The notes under the pieces are model-generated. The model was not told where the DNA came from. It worked only from the letters and a program-made list of their open reading frames with translations, and searched no databases. From Giardia intestinalis (Eukaryota), in the NCBI GenBank assembly GCA_000002435.2, contig CM018789.1: a stretch of DNA of 64,000 bases. The stretch is one strand, 5' to 3'. The first letter of the stretch is position 1. Each line of letters begins with the position of its first letter. Positions 8,819 to 18,599 of this stretch are shown here, piece after piece. Both the position numbers and the translations under genes were made by a program.

Positions 8819-10873
8819 TCACTCCTTATCAACCATGGCTTCTATCTCTGGCTGGAGCTGATTGTAGAGCTTCTTTCTGCAGAGCTTCTGTGTCGCTGTG
8901 AGACATCCATTTTCTATCGTGAATTCACGTCTCAGCAAGTGTATGTCCTTAAGGTGCATAAACGGCTTCATCCCCGCCTCCGAGTGCACTTTCGTGAGGT
9001 CTTTTACGATTTTCTGCTTAAGGAGACCCATTATGTGATTTTCCACATGCTTCCCCTCTAGAACGGAGAAGGAGCCCAGGGCCTCAACCTGCTCATTGGT
9101 GTGAACAGAGTCGGTTGCTGTATCATCTACGAGCTTGTCATGGAGCCCCGTCAGCGACAGAGGTTGGTCAGGCGAGAAATAGTTGGCCACATTCAGCTTA
9201 GCAAGCAGGCTTTCGCTTGGTACAACAAAAGCATAGAGGTGGTTCGAGTTGGGTGTCTGTGGAATGTAGATGGCACTGATCAGCGCGCTTTGCAGGTACA
9301 TAAGCTCAATTGTCTCTGGACAGACAAATTCACCGTTCTGCAGCTTGAAATTGGTATTAATTCTATCTTTGAGGATCAGCTTGTTGTCCTCATTCATCAG
9401 TCCACAATCACCAGATCTATACCATTCAGTTGACGGCGGAAAGTTATGAATATTTTCATAAAAGGTCTCTCCGGGCACGTAGTACCGGCTAAACATGGAG
9501 CTGCCACGAAGCAGAACCTCGTTCTCGGATGGGTCTATTCTCAGCTCCATATTTGGACACACAACCCCACAGTTTCCAACAGAATAGTCCGACTCGCACT
9601 GCACGGTGACACAGGCACACGTCTCTGTCTGTCCGTAGCCCTGGATGAGGTTACATTGAAAGAAGTCCTGAACAAAAAGGTGCACCTTGGGAGGAAGGGA
9701 CGCACCTCCAGATATCATCAGCTTGAAGTTGACGCCTATCTTGCGCTTCACAAGCCCATAGAGACACCGCCTGGCAAACCTTTGTAGCATGCTGTCTCCC
9801 TTGAGCCCGTAGTGGAACCACCCACGAGTGAGTGGGGAGGCCTCCAGCTTGCTGCGGATTGCCTGGTAGAGAGTCGTGTAGACTTTAGGCACGCCACACA
9901 GGATATCCGGTTTAACGTCTTGCATGTCACGTAAAAGTGATTTGAAGTCTCCTCGCCAGAAATAAACCTTACCACCAATGATTATACCAGTTGCCTGAAT
10001 TACGCGCTCATAGATGTGTGCCATGGGCAAATAGGAAAGGTAGTGAAGTCCTCTCCCGCTGCGCACAAAATCAAGAGGAGTCAGAAGATAGCCGTAACAG
10101 GCAGAGGTGAGCGCGCCGTGCGAGATGATAACGCCCTTTGGCGTAGAAGATGTTCCAGATGTATAAATTAAACTAGAAATGGTACTGGGCGTGGGAGGCA
10201 CCGGCGGTACTACATGGACTGCGGCCGTTACGTACCCAAGAATATCTGTGAGACGGGGGTTTGCCATGCCAGAGCGCGCTAGAAGCTGCTCGAGCTCCTC
10301 CACCTGGTTTCCAGGGATGGCACGCTCAAACTCGAGGTCGGTAGTGAGTATTACGGCCTTGAGGAATGAAAGGTCGACCACTGCTTGCGCAAGCGTTTTA
10401 ACCAACCGCCCAATCTTATCACGGCTTATCACCAGGATGTCAGGCCTGGTTGCGTCGATACAGTACGACATGCCGTGTGCAGACAGCGAATCATAAATGG
10501 GAACAAGCACCATAGACTGTCTGTTACAGGCCTGTTCGGTGATAATCCACTCTGGGCTGTTGCAGGACCAGAGCATGACCATCGATCCGGGCTTCAGACC
10601 GAACTTGGTCACAAATGCTGTCGCAAAACGCTCTATATTAGAACGCATGGTCCTGTAGGTGATACCTTCATAAGCCAGGCGCTCGATTGTCTGGGTCTGC
10701 GCGTTGAAGCGAAGAGGTGAATGGAAATAAACGAGCTCGTCAAGTCGAAGCAGAGAGTACTTCTCCCAAATAGCATAGAGGGTTTCCTCGTCTGCCGGTG
10801 CAGTTACAGGGTCGTCGCCGAGGCCTGTCCTCGACTTGTAGGGGTTCAGATAGATCGTCGGGTGAGGCGTCAT
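8819..10873 (-). CDS. Long-chain fatty-acid-CoA ligase (acyl-CoA synthetase, AMP-binding family)
   Basis: AMP-binding motif IYTSGTSSTPKGVIISH (YTSGTTGxPKGV); GYGQTETCA; the C-terminal half is typical of LACS. The ORF-track start at 11008 is GTG. The first ATG with an AT-rich leader (ctaaaaccaaaaATG) is 10873, giving MTPHPTIYLNPYKS... Confidence 0.85.
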   Translation of the reverse strand: MTPHPTIYLNPYKSRTGLGDDPVTAPADEETLYAIWEKYSLLRLDELVYFHSPLRFNAQTQTIERLAYEGITYRTMRSNIERFATAFVTKFGLKPGSMVMLWSCNSPEWIITEQACNRQSMVLVPIYDSLSAHGMSYCIDATRPDILVISRDKIGRLVKTLAQAVVDLSFLKAVILTTDLEFERAIPGNQVEELEQLLARSGMANPRLTDILGYVTAAVHVVPPVPPTPSTISSLIYTSGTSSTPKGVIISHGALTSACYGYLLTPLDFVRSGRGLHYLSYLPMAHIYERVIQATGIIIGGKVYFWRGDFKSLLRDMQDVKPDILCGVPKVYTTLYQAIRSKLEASPLTRGWFHYGLKGDSMLQRFARRCLYGLVKRKIGVNFKLMISGGASLPPKVHLFVQDFFQCNLIQGYGQTETCACVTVQCESDYSVGNCGVVCPNMELRIDPSENEVLLRGSSMFSRYYVPGETFYENIHNFPPSTEWYRSGDCGLMNEDNKLILKDRINTNFKLQNGEFVCPETIELMYLQSALISAIYIPQTPNSNHLYAFVVPSESLLAKLNVANYFSPDQPLSLTGLHDKLVDDTATDSVHTNEQVEALGSFSVLEGKHVENHIMGLLKQKIVKDLTKVHSEAGMKPFMHLKDIHLLRREFTIENGCLTATQKLCRKKLYNQLQPEIEAMVDKE

Positions 10874-11163
10874 TTTTGGTTTTAGAAATGGAAAGATCAT
10901 AATGAAGCAGGGAATAGGTTTACAAATGTTAAAAGGGCTGGTCACTAGAAGGGGAAATAAACGCGCTCGGTAACCGTCACAGCGGTTGGGCCATGACAAA
11001 ATGGGCACTCATAAAGGCCGTATTCTGGCAAATCCATGTGTGCATACGATGTCAGACGACACCGCGGATTGAGACACGTATACTCAGACTGTCTCCAGAT
11101 GGTATCCATGACAGTAAAAGGCTTAAAATTTTTTAAAATTTCCTGGCATTGGGTCCAAGACGT

Positions 11164-13554
11164 TTACAGCTCCCCCTCCGGAAGATCGTTGAGGCGCATT
11201 TCTGAGGATGGTCTCTCTTGTACCAAGATGGACGCTTTGTTTTTGCTCCGAAACTTGGGAATTATGACAGGGAGGGGCGCCTTGCTGGAGGGCGAGAGCA
11301 GCTTGCAGGTCTTCTGGGAAGAGCCTAGAGAGTCTGACCGTATGTATTCATTGGAGATCAGAATAGCAGACCTTCCCCCCGTTTTGTCGCCTCCAGCACT
11401 GCCTGTCATTGCCTCATTCGGCTTTCTATCCGACAGTAGACCTGTGCTCAACAGTAAGCTATTTGCGATTGGCTTCTGAGGGAGCTCCTCATCCAAGTAA
11501 GAAGACAATACGTTGTTCAGTAGCGGGCTTTCCCTTTCTTCATTGTTGGATTCTTTGAAGTCATCTTTGGCGACAGTTGGCAGGTCTGTGACTGTATTTG
11601 ACACACGAATGCCTAATACTGGTAGCTGTATCTCGGTGGGGTCTAGTTTGTTATAGCTGTCGTAAAGATCGGAGTCATAAAGGGGCTGCGTATGCGCTCC
11701 CCTCTCATTTCCACCACCCTCTATGGTGTCGCTGGGACCAGGCGCATGAAAACTATCAAATCTGCTTACTACATTATCGTCCGTTTCTACATATGGAGCA
11801 GATGGAGTAGTGGTTTCGTCCCCCATGGCATTCATAATCATCTGCCGCAGGACCGAGCTCCTCATGCTCCCCTTGAAAAGCTCTTGCACGCAATAGAGTG
11901 CTTCCTTCTGTGCTCTATTTTCGCTCTCCAAGACCTTTATTGTTTCTTGAAGCGAGGCTACAAGCTTCTTGTAGTTTTCTACTAATGCTGCGTGCTTATT
12001 GGGAGAGCACATGCTACTTTCGTGCGCATTGCTCCCACCATCCTTTTGGATGCCTTCTGTGAGGGACACCCTGTTAGCTGATAGCTCGCTATAGCACGAG
12101 CTGGCATCGTCATTTTGATCATGCATAGGGGAGTCACGGAGCTCTTCCCTGCCTTCCTGCAGTGACATTGCTTGTGCGAAGCTCTCGACAGCATTCCTGG
12201 GCAAAATAGTCAAGTGTACACCACATCTTGGACACTGTGAAGTCAAGCACGTTATCTTTTCGTCCTCCTCGTCCTCCATAACGGCGAAATCACCCAAAGT
12301 AGTCATTGATATGCTGGAATCGTAGGCTATACCTTGGGCTGGCTTGCTAGAGGCGCGAGGTGTCGCATTGGCAACAAAGTTTGTTCTAAGAGACATGCAC
12401 CTAGTGGCAAACTGCAGTGTCGAATAGCTTTCGTCGTAGTTGTATGATGATGGCCCTATGGTGGCTACTATCAGTGTTTTGCTGTTCCCCGATAGGGACT
12501 CTGTCAGGAGCCGGGTCAGTGGGCTGTCTCTGAAGGGGACGAAAGACCGATTGGTAGATAAAGCTACAACGCAGTTTCCGAGCGCTGAGAGAGACTGATT
12601 AATTTTCTTGGCCTCTGAAAGGCGCTCTCCGTCTGACATCGTTTTGCTTACCCTTTCGCTACCGGCCAGATCAACAAAGGTAAGGACACCCCGCTTTGTT
12701 GTCGTGCTATAGCGCCTTTCTACAGTCAAAGTAAGCAGTACGTGTGAGCGCGACGAATTGCTATTCATCTGCGTGGCCGCGACTGCTCTCCGCTTGGCAG
12801 CAAACATGATCGCTGCAAAGACGTTTGTCGCCTGGTAGACTGGCAAGTGCATGACATTATTGACGAAGATTCCTCCCTTGTCCTCACGAATCTGCAGAGG
12901 AAGCAAAAGGTGATTGGTGGTAACATTGGCATCGAGGTTGGATAGTAGGTCGAAAACTTGGTCTTTGTATATTTGCACATACGACAGTGTGGCTGTGTAA
13001 GGGACTGTCGATTCATTCAGCTTATTAAAGATTTCTGAAATTGCTCTGGGTACCAACCCAGAGTGACTGGTGAGGACCTGGTTAGAGCGACTGACTCCGG
13101 TAAGCAGAGGGTCATCCGGTGGTCCAAAAGATGTATATGACTTCCCTGATCCCGTCTGGCCGTACATGATGATAGATGCATTCACACCGTTAAGCACATC
13201 ATTTATGCGTTGACGAGCCACAATCTCATATGTATCTTCCTGGGTGGTGAAGTGGGGCAGGACTGCGTCGAATTTGAAGTCACGCCTCTCGTGCATAGTT
13301 CTTCGCAAGCGAATAAAGGGAGTGTATGGTATGCGAACACGGTCAACATCGTACCAATCTGGCGGGACAATAGCTCTCCCGTCTTTGTCTCCCATATCGA
13401 GGATCTGAACGCACCACTCATCGACGGGGTTTGGGTGCAAATCCTCGGGTATAGACGGTCGTACACGCACAATGACGCGTATCTTCTCGTTTCTGATTTG
13501 TTTGGTGCTTGATGAGCGCGGTAGCGTTGGGGTGGCGCTCCTCTGCTGCTCCAT
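11164..13554 (-). CDS. Kinesin-like protein with an N-terminal motor domain, 796 aa
   Basis: Motor motifs present: P-loop IMYGQTGSGKSYT, switch I NSNSSRSHVLLTLTV, switch II FVDLAGSERVSKT. A coiled-coil and low-complexity tail follows. The ATG at 13554 is confirmed. Confidence 0.9.
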   Translation of the reverse strand: MEQQRSATPTLPRSSSTKQIRNEKIRVIVRVRPSIPEDLHPNPVDEWCVQILDMGDKDGRAIVPPDWYDVDRVRIPYTPFIRLRRTMHERRDFKFDAVLPHFTTQEDTYEIVARQRINDVLNGVNASIIMYGQTGSGKSYTSFGPPDDPLLTGVSRSNQVLTSHSGLVPRAISEIFNKLNESTVPYTATLSYVQIYKDQVFDLLSNLDANVTTNHLLLPLQIREDKGGIFVNNVMHLPVYQATNVFAAIMFAAKRRAVAATQMNSNSSRSHVLLTLTVERRYSTTTKRGVLTFVDLAGSERVSKTMSDGERLSEAKKINQSLSALGNCVVALSTNRSFVPFRDSPLTRLLTESLSGNSKTLIVATIGPSSYNYDESYSTLQFATRCMSLRTNFVANATPRASSKPAQGIAYDSSISMTTLGDFAVMEDEEDEKITCLTSQCPRCGVHLTILPRNAVESFAQAMSLQEGREELRDSPMHDQNDDASSCYSELSANRVSLTEGIQKDGGSNAHESSMCSPNKHAALVENYKKLVASLQETIKVLESENRAQKEALYCVQELFKGSMRSSVLRQMIMNAMGDETTTPSAPYVETDDNVVSRFDSFHAPGPSDTIEGGGNERGAHTQPLYDSDLYDSYNKLDPTEIQLPVLGIRVSNTVTDLPTVAKDDFKESNNEERESPLLNNVLSSYLDEELPQKPIANSLLLSTGLLSDRKPNEAMTGSAGGDKTGGRSAILISNEYIRSDSLGSSQKTCKLLSPSSKAPLPVIIPKFRSKNKASILVQERPSSEMRLNDLPEGEL

Positions 13555-13639
13555 GGTTTCGAGCCAAACTTGACTAAAGAACTAAATCCTGGAATGAAGT
13601 GTGTGACAGGTTATTTAAAAATTGCACACTGCATTGCAA

Positions 13640-14755
13640 ATGAAAAATATGGAGGATGATTTAATTGGAGCGGTTATTGATCCAGCCCAGCATACGCTGC
13701 TTCTCGCGCGCTATGGACAGTTGCAGACTCTCGAGGAGCGACAGGACTTCCTGGCCAAGCTATTGGCAATCTATGCAGGATTCTTGGAAGAGCCAGAAAC
13801 ACACATGACCGGTTTAGTAGGATCCGTGCGTAAAGCGATTCAGCTCCTTTTCAGTAAGGTCTTTCCAACTAGCTATGGGTGTGATGTACTAACACCCTTT
13901 CTCAGCCAAGTGGAACGAACCGCAAATGCTATGAAGCAAGCGTTCGATGAATATGTCCAAGAGGACTCTTTTAGGCGGAAAGACGCGGTCCACAGGGCTG
14001 CAGAGCGGTTGTGCTCTTGGCCACTCTATGCTATGCTGGAGTCCTTGGTCCTTCTATTTGTTCAAGAATATAGTCAAGAACAACTGGCAGAGATCTATGC
14101 ATCCAGCACAGAGAACCCTGCTGAGCTCTTCTGTCGGCGATTGTTTACGTCTCTGGAGAAGACGATCAACATTTTTCAATGCAGTGATGAGCTTATCCGC
14201 TACTCACCCTGGTATCTCCGATCCGTTAAGCTCTATGGATTAATGGTGGCACGCTGTACTAGAGTGTGCATTCCTCGCATGTTGCTTCTTATGGCTTACA
14301 AGCATCTAGTTATCTCCACTAAGGGCAAGGAACACAACGAGTACCTCTTTACAGATCCTACGGCAATTCTTTCTATTGCGTCGTCCAGCCACTTACTGCA
14401 TGACTCTAATTACAACTACACCATGGCATTCAATTATCTATTGCTGGTTGGCTCTTACTTATATGCTGACTACACCGTCTATCCTCTTCAGCCAGAAGAC
14501 TCAGAGGACAGGTTTGGGGCGATTGAAGAAAGGTGGCAAGTGCTTAGGCCTTTACTTCTCCTAACTTTTACTGACTTTGTCGTCCTTTTTGGCACTCTTG
14601 AGCGGACACCAGCGTACTTTGACTCTCTACTCAGCTTACTAATCTCCACCTTAGAGTCCGAGCATCCCCTAGATAAGGGCAGAAAGGCTGCACTAGAGCA
14701 ACTTGTTGATGTACGTGACAGTCTTTCGGAGATAACGGTGCGCCTGACTGACTAG
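13640..14755 (+). CDS. Hypothetical protein (~370 aa)
   Basis: Long ORF. The track start at 13622 is TTG; the first ATG at 13640 (MKNMEDDLIG) follows an AT-rich divergent spacer shared with kinesin (ttatttaaaaattgcacactgcattgcaa). Confidence 0.5.
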   Translation: MKNMEDDLIGAVIDPAQHTLLLARYGQLQTLEERQDFLAKLLAIYAGFLEEPETHMTGLVGSVRKAIQLLFSKVFPTSYGCDVLTPFLSQVERTANAMKQAFDEYVQEDSFRRKDAVHRAAERLCSWPLYAMLESLVLLFVQEYSQEQLAEIYASSTENPAELFCRRLFTSLEKTINIFQCSDELIRYSPWYLRSVKLYGLMVARCTRVCIPRMLLLMAYKHLVISTKGKEHNEYLFTDPTAILSIASSSHLLHDSNYNYTMAFNYLLLVGSYLYADYTVYPLQPEDSEDRFGAIEERWQVLRPLLLLTFTDFVVLFGTLERTPAYFDSLLSLLISTLESEHPLDKGRKAALEQLVDVRDSLSEITVRLTD

Positions 14756-14809
14756 TCAACAAAGTAAGATTCTGCCAGGTTCCTGTAGAGAGTGCAGAGC
14801 CCTAGCACG

Positions 14810-17800
14810 ATGGTTGAAGCCAGTAAACTCTTGGGGTTCTCGAGTCACTCTTTTAGCACTAAAAAAGCCAAAATCTGTTTTCAGGGTTCCGAAATGGCCG
14901 AAGGGCAAGTGCTCGTGGACAAGGCATCTATGAATATGCTCATTCTCGAGTTTGATAACTTGAAGCGAGAGAATGAAGCCCTTAGAGAGAACCTGGAGGC
15001 TGCACTCGGGACACAAGATCAAGCGTCGCAGAATCTTCAAGCTGTTACTGAAGCGCTTCATAGAGTGAAAGGTGAGCTGTCCAATTCGGAGAACCACGTT
15101 AAAGTGCAGACGGAGCTGCTTCAGCTTAAGGACATGCAGTTAACGTTAGCGAAAAAGGGGTTTCTGGAGCTCTACAACCAGGTACGCGAGAAGAATGTGC
15201 ACATAGACATAGACATCGATTACATCTACCCATCTCTACGCCCCAGTGAGCTCCCCTCTTTCACTCAAGAAGAACTCGGCCAAATGACCCGCGAATGCGA
15301 GCTAATACGCGCAGAAATCAGCAGGTTTGCGTCTGCACGCGAGGTCACCACAAGTCAAGGCACGTCCAGGCTTGTTTCGCTTGCAGCCACGCCACGTGCG
15401 GCAACTGCTAGGCTTGACCGCTCGGGTCACCTATTAACTGAATCGTCTAACACAAATGTTCAGCAAAAGCTGGATGAACTAGCCATTCTTAAAGTAGAGC
15501 ATGAAGCCCTCCAAAGAGATAACCGAGAACTTTCTTTGCAAGTGCGCAAATTAATTAATGAAACGGCTGCTCAGCGAAGCACACTGGCAGCTTCTCAAAC
15601 GAACATGATCAGCCGGGATGATTATCTTCTGGAGAGACATAGACTTGAAAAGATCGCCAATGAGCTAAGAAACACACTTGACTCGACGCGAATGAGCGCA
15701 GACATGCTTCAGCAGGCCTTGGACCAAGAAAAGGAACGCGCACTACGCCTTCAGAAAGAACGTGATGACCTCAATCAATATCTTTATCAAGCCAGAGATG
15801 AGCTTGAGCAGGTGCGAGCCCAACACTTGGCCAAAAGTAGACACTTTGACCAAAGCTCCTCAACCCTTGAAGGTCACATCCGAACCTTAGAAGAGGATAA
15901 CCAGAAGCTTGCTGAACACGTGACAAAGCTCAGCACTGATTACCATCAGATGGAACAGCAAGATAAACTTAAAGAAGAGTCCATAGCTTTACTAAAAACA
16001 GAAAAGGAAGCACTTTTGGGTCAAATTAAAACTCTGACGCAAGATATTGAGACACTTGGAGTGGAGTTTCAGAACCGCGAGAGCGACCTGGAAGCAGCTG
16101 CAGCGTCTCTGGAGCAGCTTCTGAACAAGGAAATCTACGATGCACCTGTACAGACGGATATTATGGCGGACCAGAGTGTAATTATCACTGTAGGAGAGTT
16201 CAGAGATGCAAAAAGGGAGATCAGAGAGCGGGGAAAGAGAAGAATAATCCACAAAGTGATGAATATCCTTAATTTGAACGGTGAAAAAGCAGAATTGAGT
16301 GTGGAGAGATCCTTGCGACTCGATAGCATTCAGGGAAGCGAGCTCGCCACCAGTATGATAGATTCTGGGGTTCAAGATGTTATTATGTCAGAGGATGAGT
16401 TCATAGACAATCTCATGGTCCTGAAGACAGATATGATTGCTAAGTTTGGTGAACTTAACGGCCTCAAAGAGAAGATTACCAAGCTCACCGAGGACTTGGC
16501 AGAGCATAAAACTCTGAAAGGTGAGCTGCAACGGAAAGCTGAAAGTGCAGAAAAGAATCTCTTAGCACTTCGAGCAGAGATGGAGGAAGCACAGACACAG
16601 GCAGATGCGCTCAGAAGGCGTGAGGAAAAGACGATGGAAGATTTGAAGATAGAGAACAATGCGCTTGCTACACGCTTGCTAGAAGCACAGCAGAAGGGTG
16701 AAACCTCGCGGACACACACTCGTGACATGATGAATGCACTAGAGGAAAAGACAATCAATCTTGACAAGGCACAGCAAGAACTGAACTGGAACCAAGTGAA
16801 GATAGGCCAGCTAGAACGAAGAGTGATCGAGCTAGAGGAGGAGCTGTCAAACCACATTACAGGAGGGTTTCAGACGGATAAGCACGTTGACGCACTCAAG
16901 AAGGCGTACGAAGCAAAAATTGCGGAGCTTAATGCAGAGATTGATCAGCGCGACGCAGACCTGAATCGGGTTCTCAAGGAACAAATGGCCCGCTATGCAG
17001 AACAACGAGCAGAATTAGAGGCTGTGGTTCGAGCACCATCTTCCAGGCCTCAGAATCAAGGCCTTCTAGATGAACTTGTTAATATGCAAAAGATGTACGA
17101 AGACGCTAGAGGAGAGCAGTATAAGCTTATCACAGAGATTCGTGCAAAAGAAATGGAATGTGATGAACTGTCTTCAAGGAATGCATATCTCACCCAGGAA
17201 AAGGACAGATTGCAAGCGCTTCTGGACGAAAACTCTCGCGCTGCGCGGACAATGCGCAGTGAAGAGATTGAGCAACACACACAGATGCTTTCAGAGTACG
17301 AACGGAGGCTCAGAGAAAAGGACTCTGTGGTTGACGAACTACTTGGAAAGGCTAGCAAACTCGAGATAGAGAAGAAGTCGCTTGCAGCTGATTTCACTGA
17401 AGCTGAGGCACGCCTGAAGGCCGCCCTAGCTACATCAGAGGATCTTGCAGAGCAACTTGCGGATTATAAGGCACGCGTTAGTGATTTAGAGCTAGAAAAC
17501 CGGCAGCAAATTACCGAAATCACCATGCAGAAAGCACGGCTCACATCTGTACGCACAGGGGATTCTGAGAAAGATAAGATAATAGTATCTTTACAAGAGA
17601 GCATAAAGAACTATGAAAAAGAGCTAAGCAAATACCAGTCTGAAGTAGAGTCACTGAAAGGTCATATAACGACAAAGACCAAGTTTTTGGAGGCTGCAAA
17701 CAACGAGCTGGCAGGAATAAAGAAGAAGCATGACATGGATACGGATAAATTCAAGGCTACTATAAAGCAACTAAACTCCCGCGTCTCTGACCTCGACACC

Positions 17801-18553
17801 TTATTAAGTAATGCACACAAGGACGACGCCCTATTGTCATCTTATCGACAGAAGATCAGAGAGCTTGAGGCCGCCCTGCAGACTGAGCGCGAGGCTGCAG
17901 AGGCTTCACGAAAGGCCTATAAAGCAGAACAGAGGCAGGAGTTCAAGGAATTGGAGAACAAGATGAAACAATTAAGCTATGCAGTGGATGAACGGGATTC
18001 GTTGCGCCAAGAGAAGAAACGCCTACTTAAGGAGATCCAGAGAATGAAGGATGACCGAGCTAAGATGATAAGGGACCATGAAGAAGCGATGATGGGCATG
18101 CTTCGAAATGCCGATGAGGAGACCGAGACAGATAGAGAGACCATGTTCACCCGGGAAAGGTTTGATCACTATAGGTCACAGGCCAAGAAGTACAAGGACT
18201 TGTACAGAAGAGCATTCAACGTGGTAGAAAGGATGAAAGTAAAAGAGCGAGAAATGAAGAATATCATAGTACAATTGGAGAACAAACTCTTCGAAATGGG
18301 AGCCAAAAGAGATGACATAGTAGTTGGTGGGCTCAATAAAGACAACTCATGCACAACTTACGGTACAGCAAGCGTAAACGGCGACTCCCAAAGCGAGTCC
18401 CGTACTAGGGTGTCTAGTCGCCAAGGCAGCAGGGCAAGCAGCCGTTCCAGACAGCGGAGGTCTGATGCATCTGTGGACTCTAACAGGACAGGAAGAGTAG
18501 ATAGCCCCATTATCCCCGTTAACTTAGCATATAAACCTAGTGCTCAAAAGTAA
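14810..18553 (+). CDS. Large coiled-coil protein (~1,245 aa), of the kind that builds Giardia cytoskeleton or basal bodies
   Basis: Almost entirely heptad-rich, E/K/L/Q-biased sequence with an S/R-rich tail. The track start at 14792 is GTG; the first ATGs are 14810 (MVEASK) and 14894 (MAEGQ). A possible poly(A) signal AGTAAAG overlaps the stop. Confidence 0.6.
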   Translation: MVEASKLLGFSSHSFSTKKAKICFQGSEMAEGQVLVDKASMNMLILEFDNLKRENEALRENLEAALGTQDQASQNLQAVTEALHRVKGELSNSENHVKVQTELLQLKDMQLTLAKKGFLELYNQVREKNVHIDIDIDYIYPSLRPSELPSFTQEELGQMTRECELIRAEISRFASAREVTTSQGTSRLVSLAATPRAATARLDRSGHLLTESSNTNVQQKLDELAILKVEHEALQRDNRELSLQVRKLINETAAQRSTLAASQTNMISRDDYLLERHRLEKIANELRNTLDSTRMSADMLQQALDQEKERALRLQKERDDLNQYLYQARDELEQVRAQHLAKSRHFDQSSSTLEGHIRTLEEDNQKLAEHVTKLSTDYHQMEQQDKLKEESIALLKTEKEALLGQIKTLTQDIETLGVEFQNRESDLEAAAASLEQLLNKEIYDAPVQTDIMADQSVIITVGEFRDAKREIRERGKRRIIHKVMNILNLNGEKAELSVERSLRLDSIQGSELATSMIDSGVQDVIMSEDEFIDNLMVLKTDMIAKFGELNGLKEKITKLTEDLAEHKTLKGELQRKAESAEKNLLALRAEMEEAQTQADALRRREEKTMEDLKIENNALATRLLEAQQKGETSRTHTRDMMNALEEKTINLDKAQQELNWNQVKIGQLERRVIELEEELSNHITGGFQTDKHVDALKKAYEAKIAELNAEIDQRDADLNRVLKEQMARYAEQRAELEAVVRAPSSRPQNQGLLDELVNMQKMYEDARGEQYKLITEIRAKEMECDELSSRNAYLTQEKDRLQALLDENSRAARTMRSEEIEQHTQMLSEYERRLREKDSVVDELLGKASKLEIEKKSLAADFTEAEARLKAALATSEDLAEQLADYKARVSDLELENRQQITEITMQKARLTSVRTGDSEKDKIIVSLQESIKNYEKELSKYQSEVESLKGHITTKTKFLEAANNELAGIKKKHDMDTDKFKATIKQLNSRVSDLDTLLSNAHKDDALLSSYRQKIRELEAALQTEREAAEASRKAYKAEQRQEFKELENKMKQLSYAVDERDSLRQEKKRLLKEIQRMKDDRAKMIRDHEEAMMGMLRNADEETETDRETMFTRERFDHYRSQAKKYKDLYRRAFNVVERMKVKEREMKNIIVQLENKLFEMGAKRDDIVVGGLNKDNSCTTYGTASVNGDSQSESRTRVSSRQGSRASSRSRQRRSDASVDSNRTGRVDSPIIPVNLAYKPSAQK

Positions 18554-18599
18554 AGGGCCTATTAAGGCTTCTAGGACAGAGGGACTATCCGCACACTCT

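Noticed and set aside
16372-17397. Ser-rich minus-strand ORFs (161 aa and 113 aa) inside the big coiled-coil gene
   Set aside because: They are antisense to a GAA/GAG/AAG-rich coiled-coil coding region, the classic poly-Ser/Leu antisense artefact.
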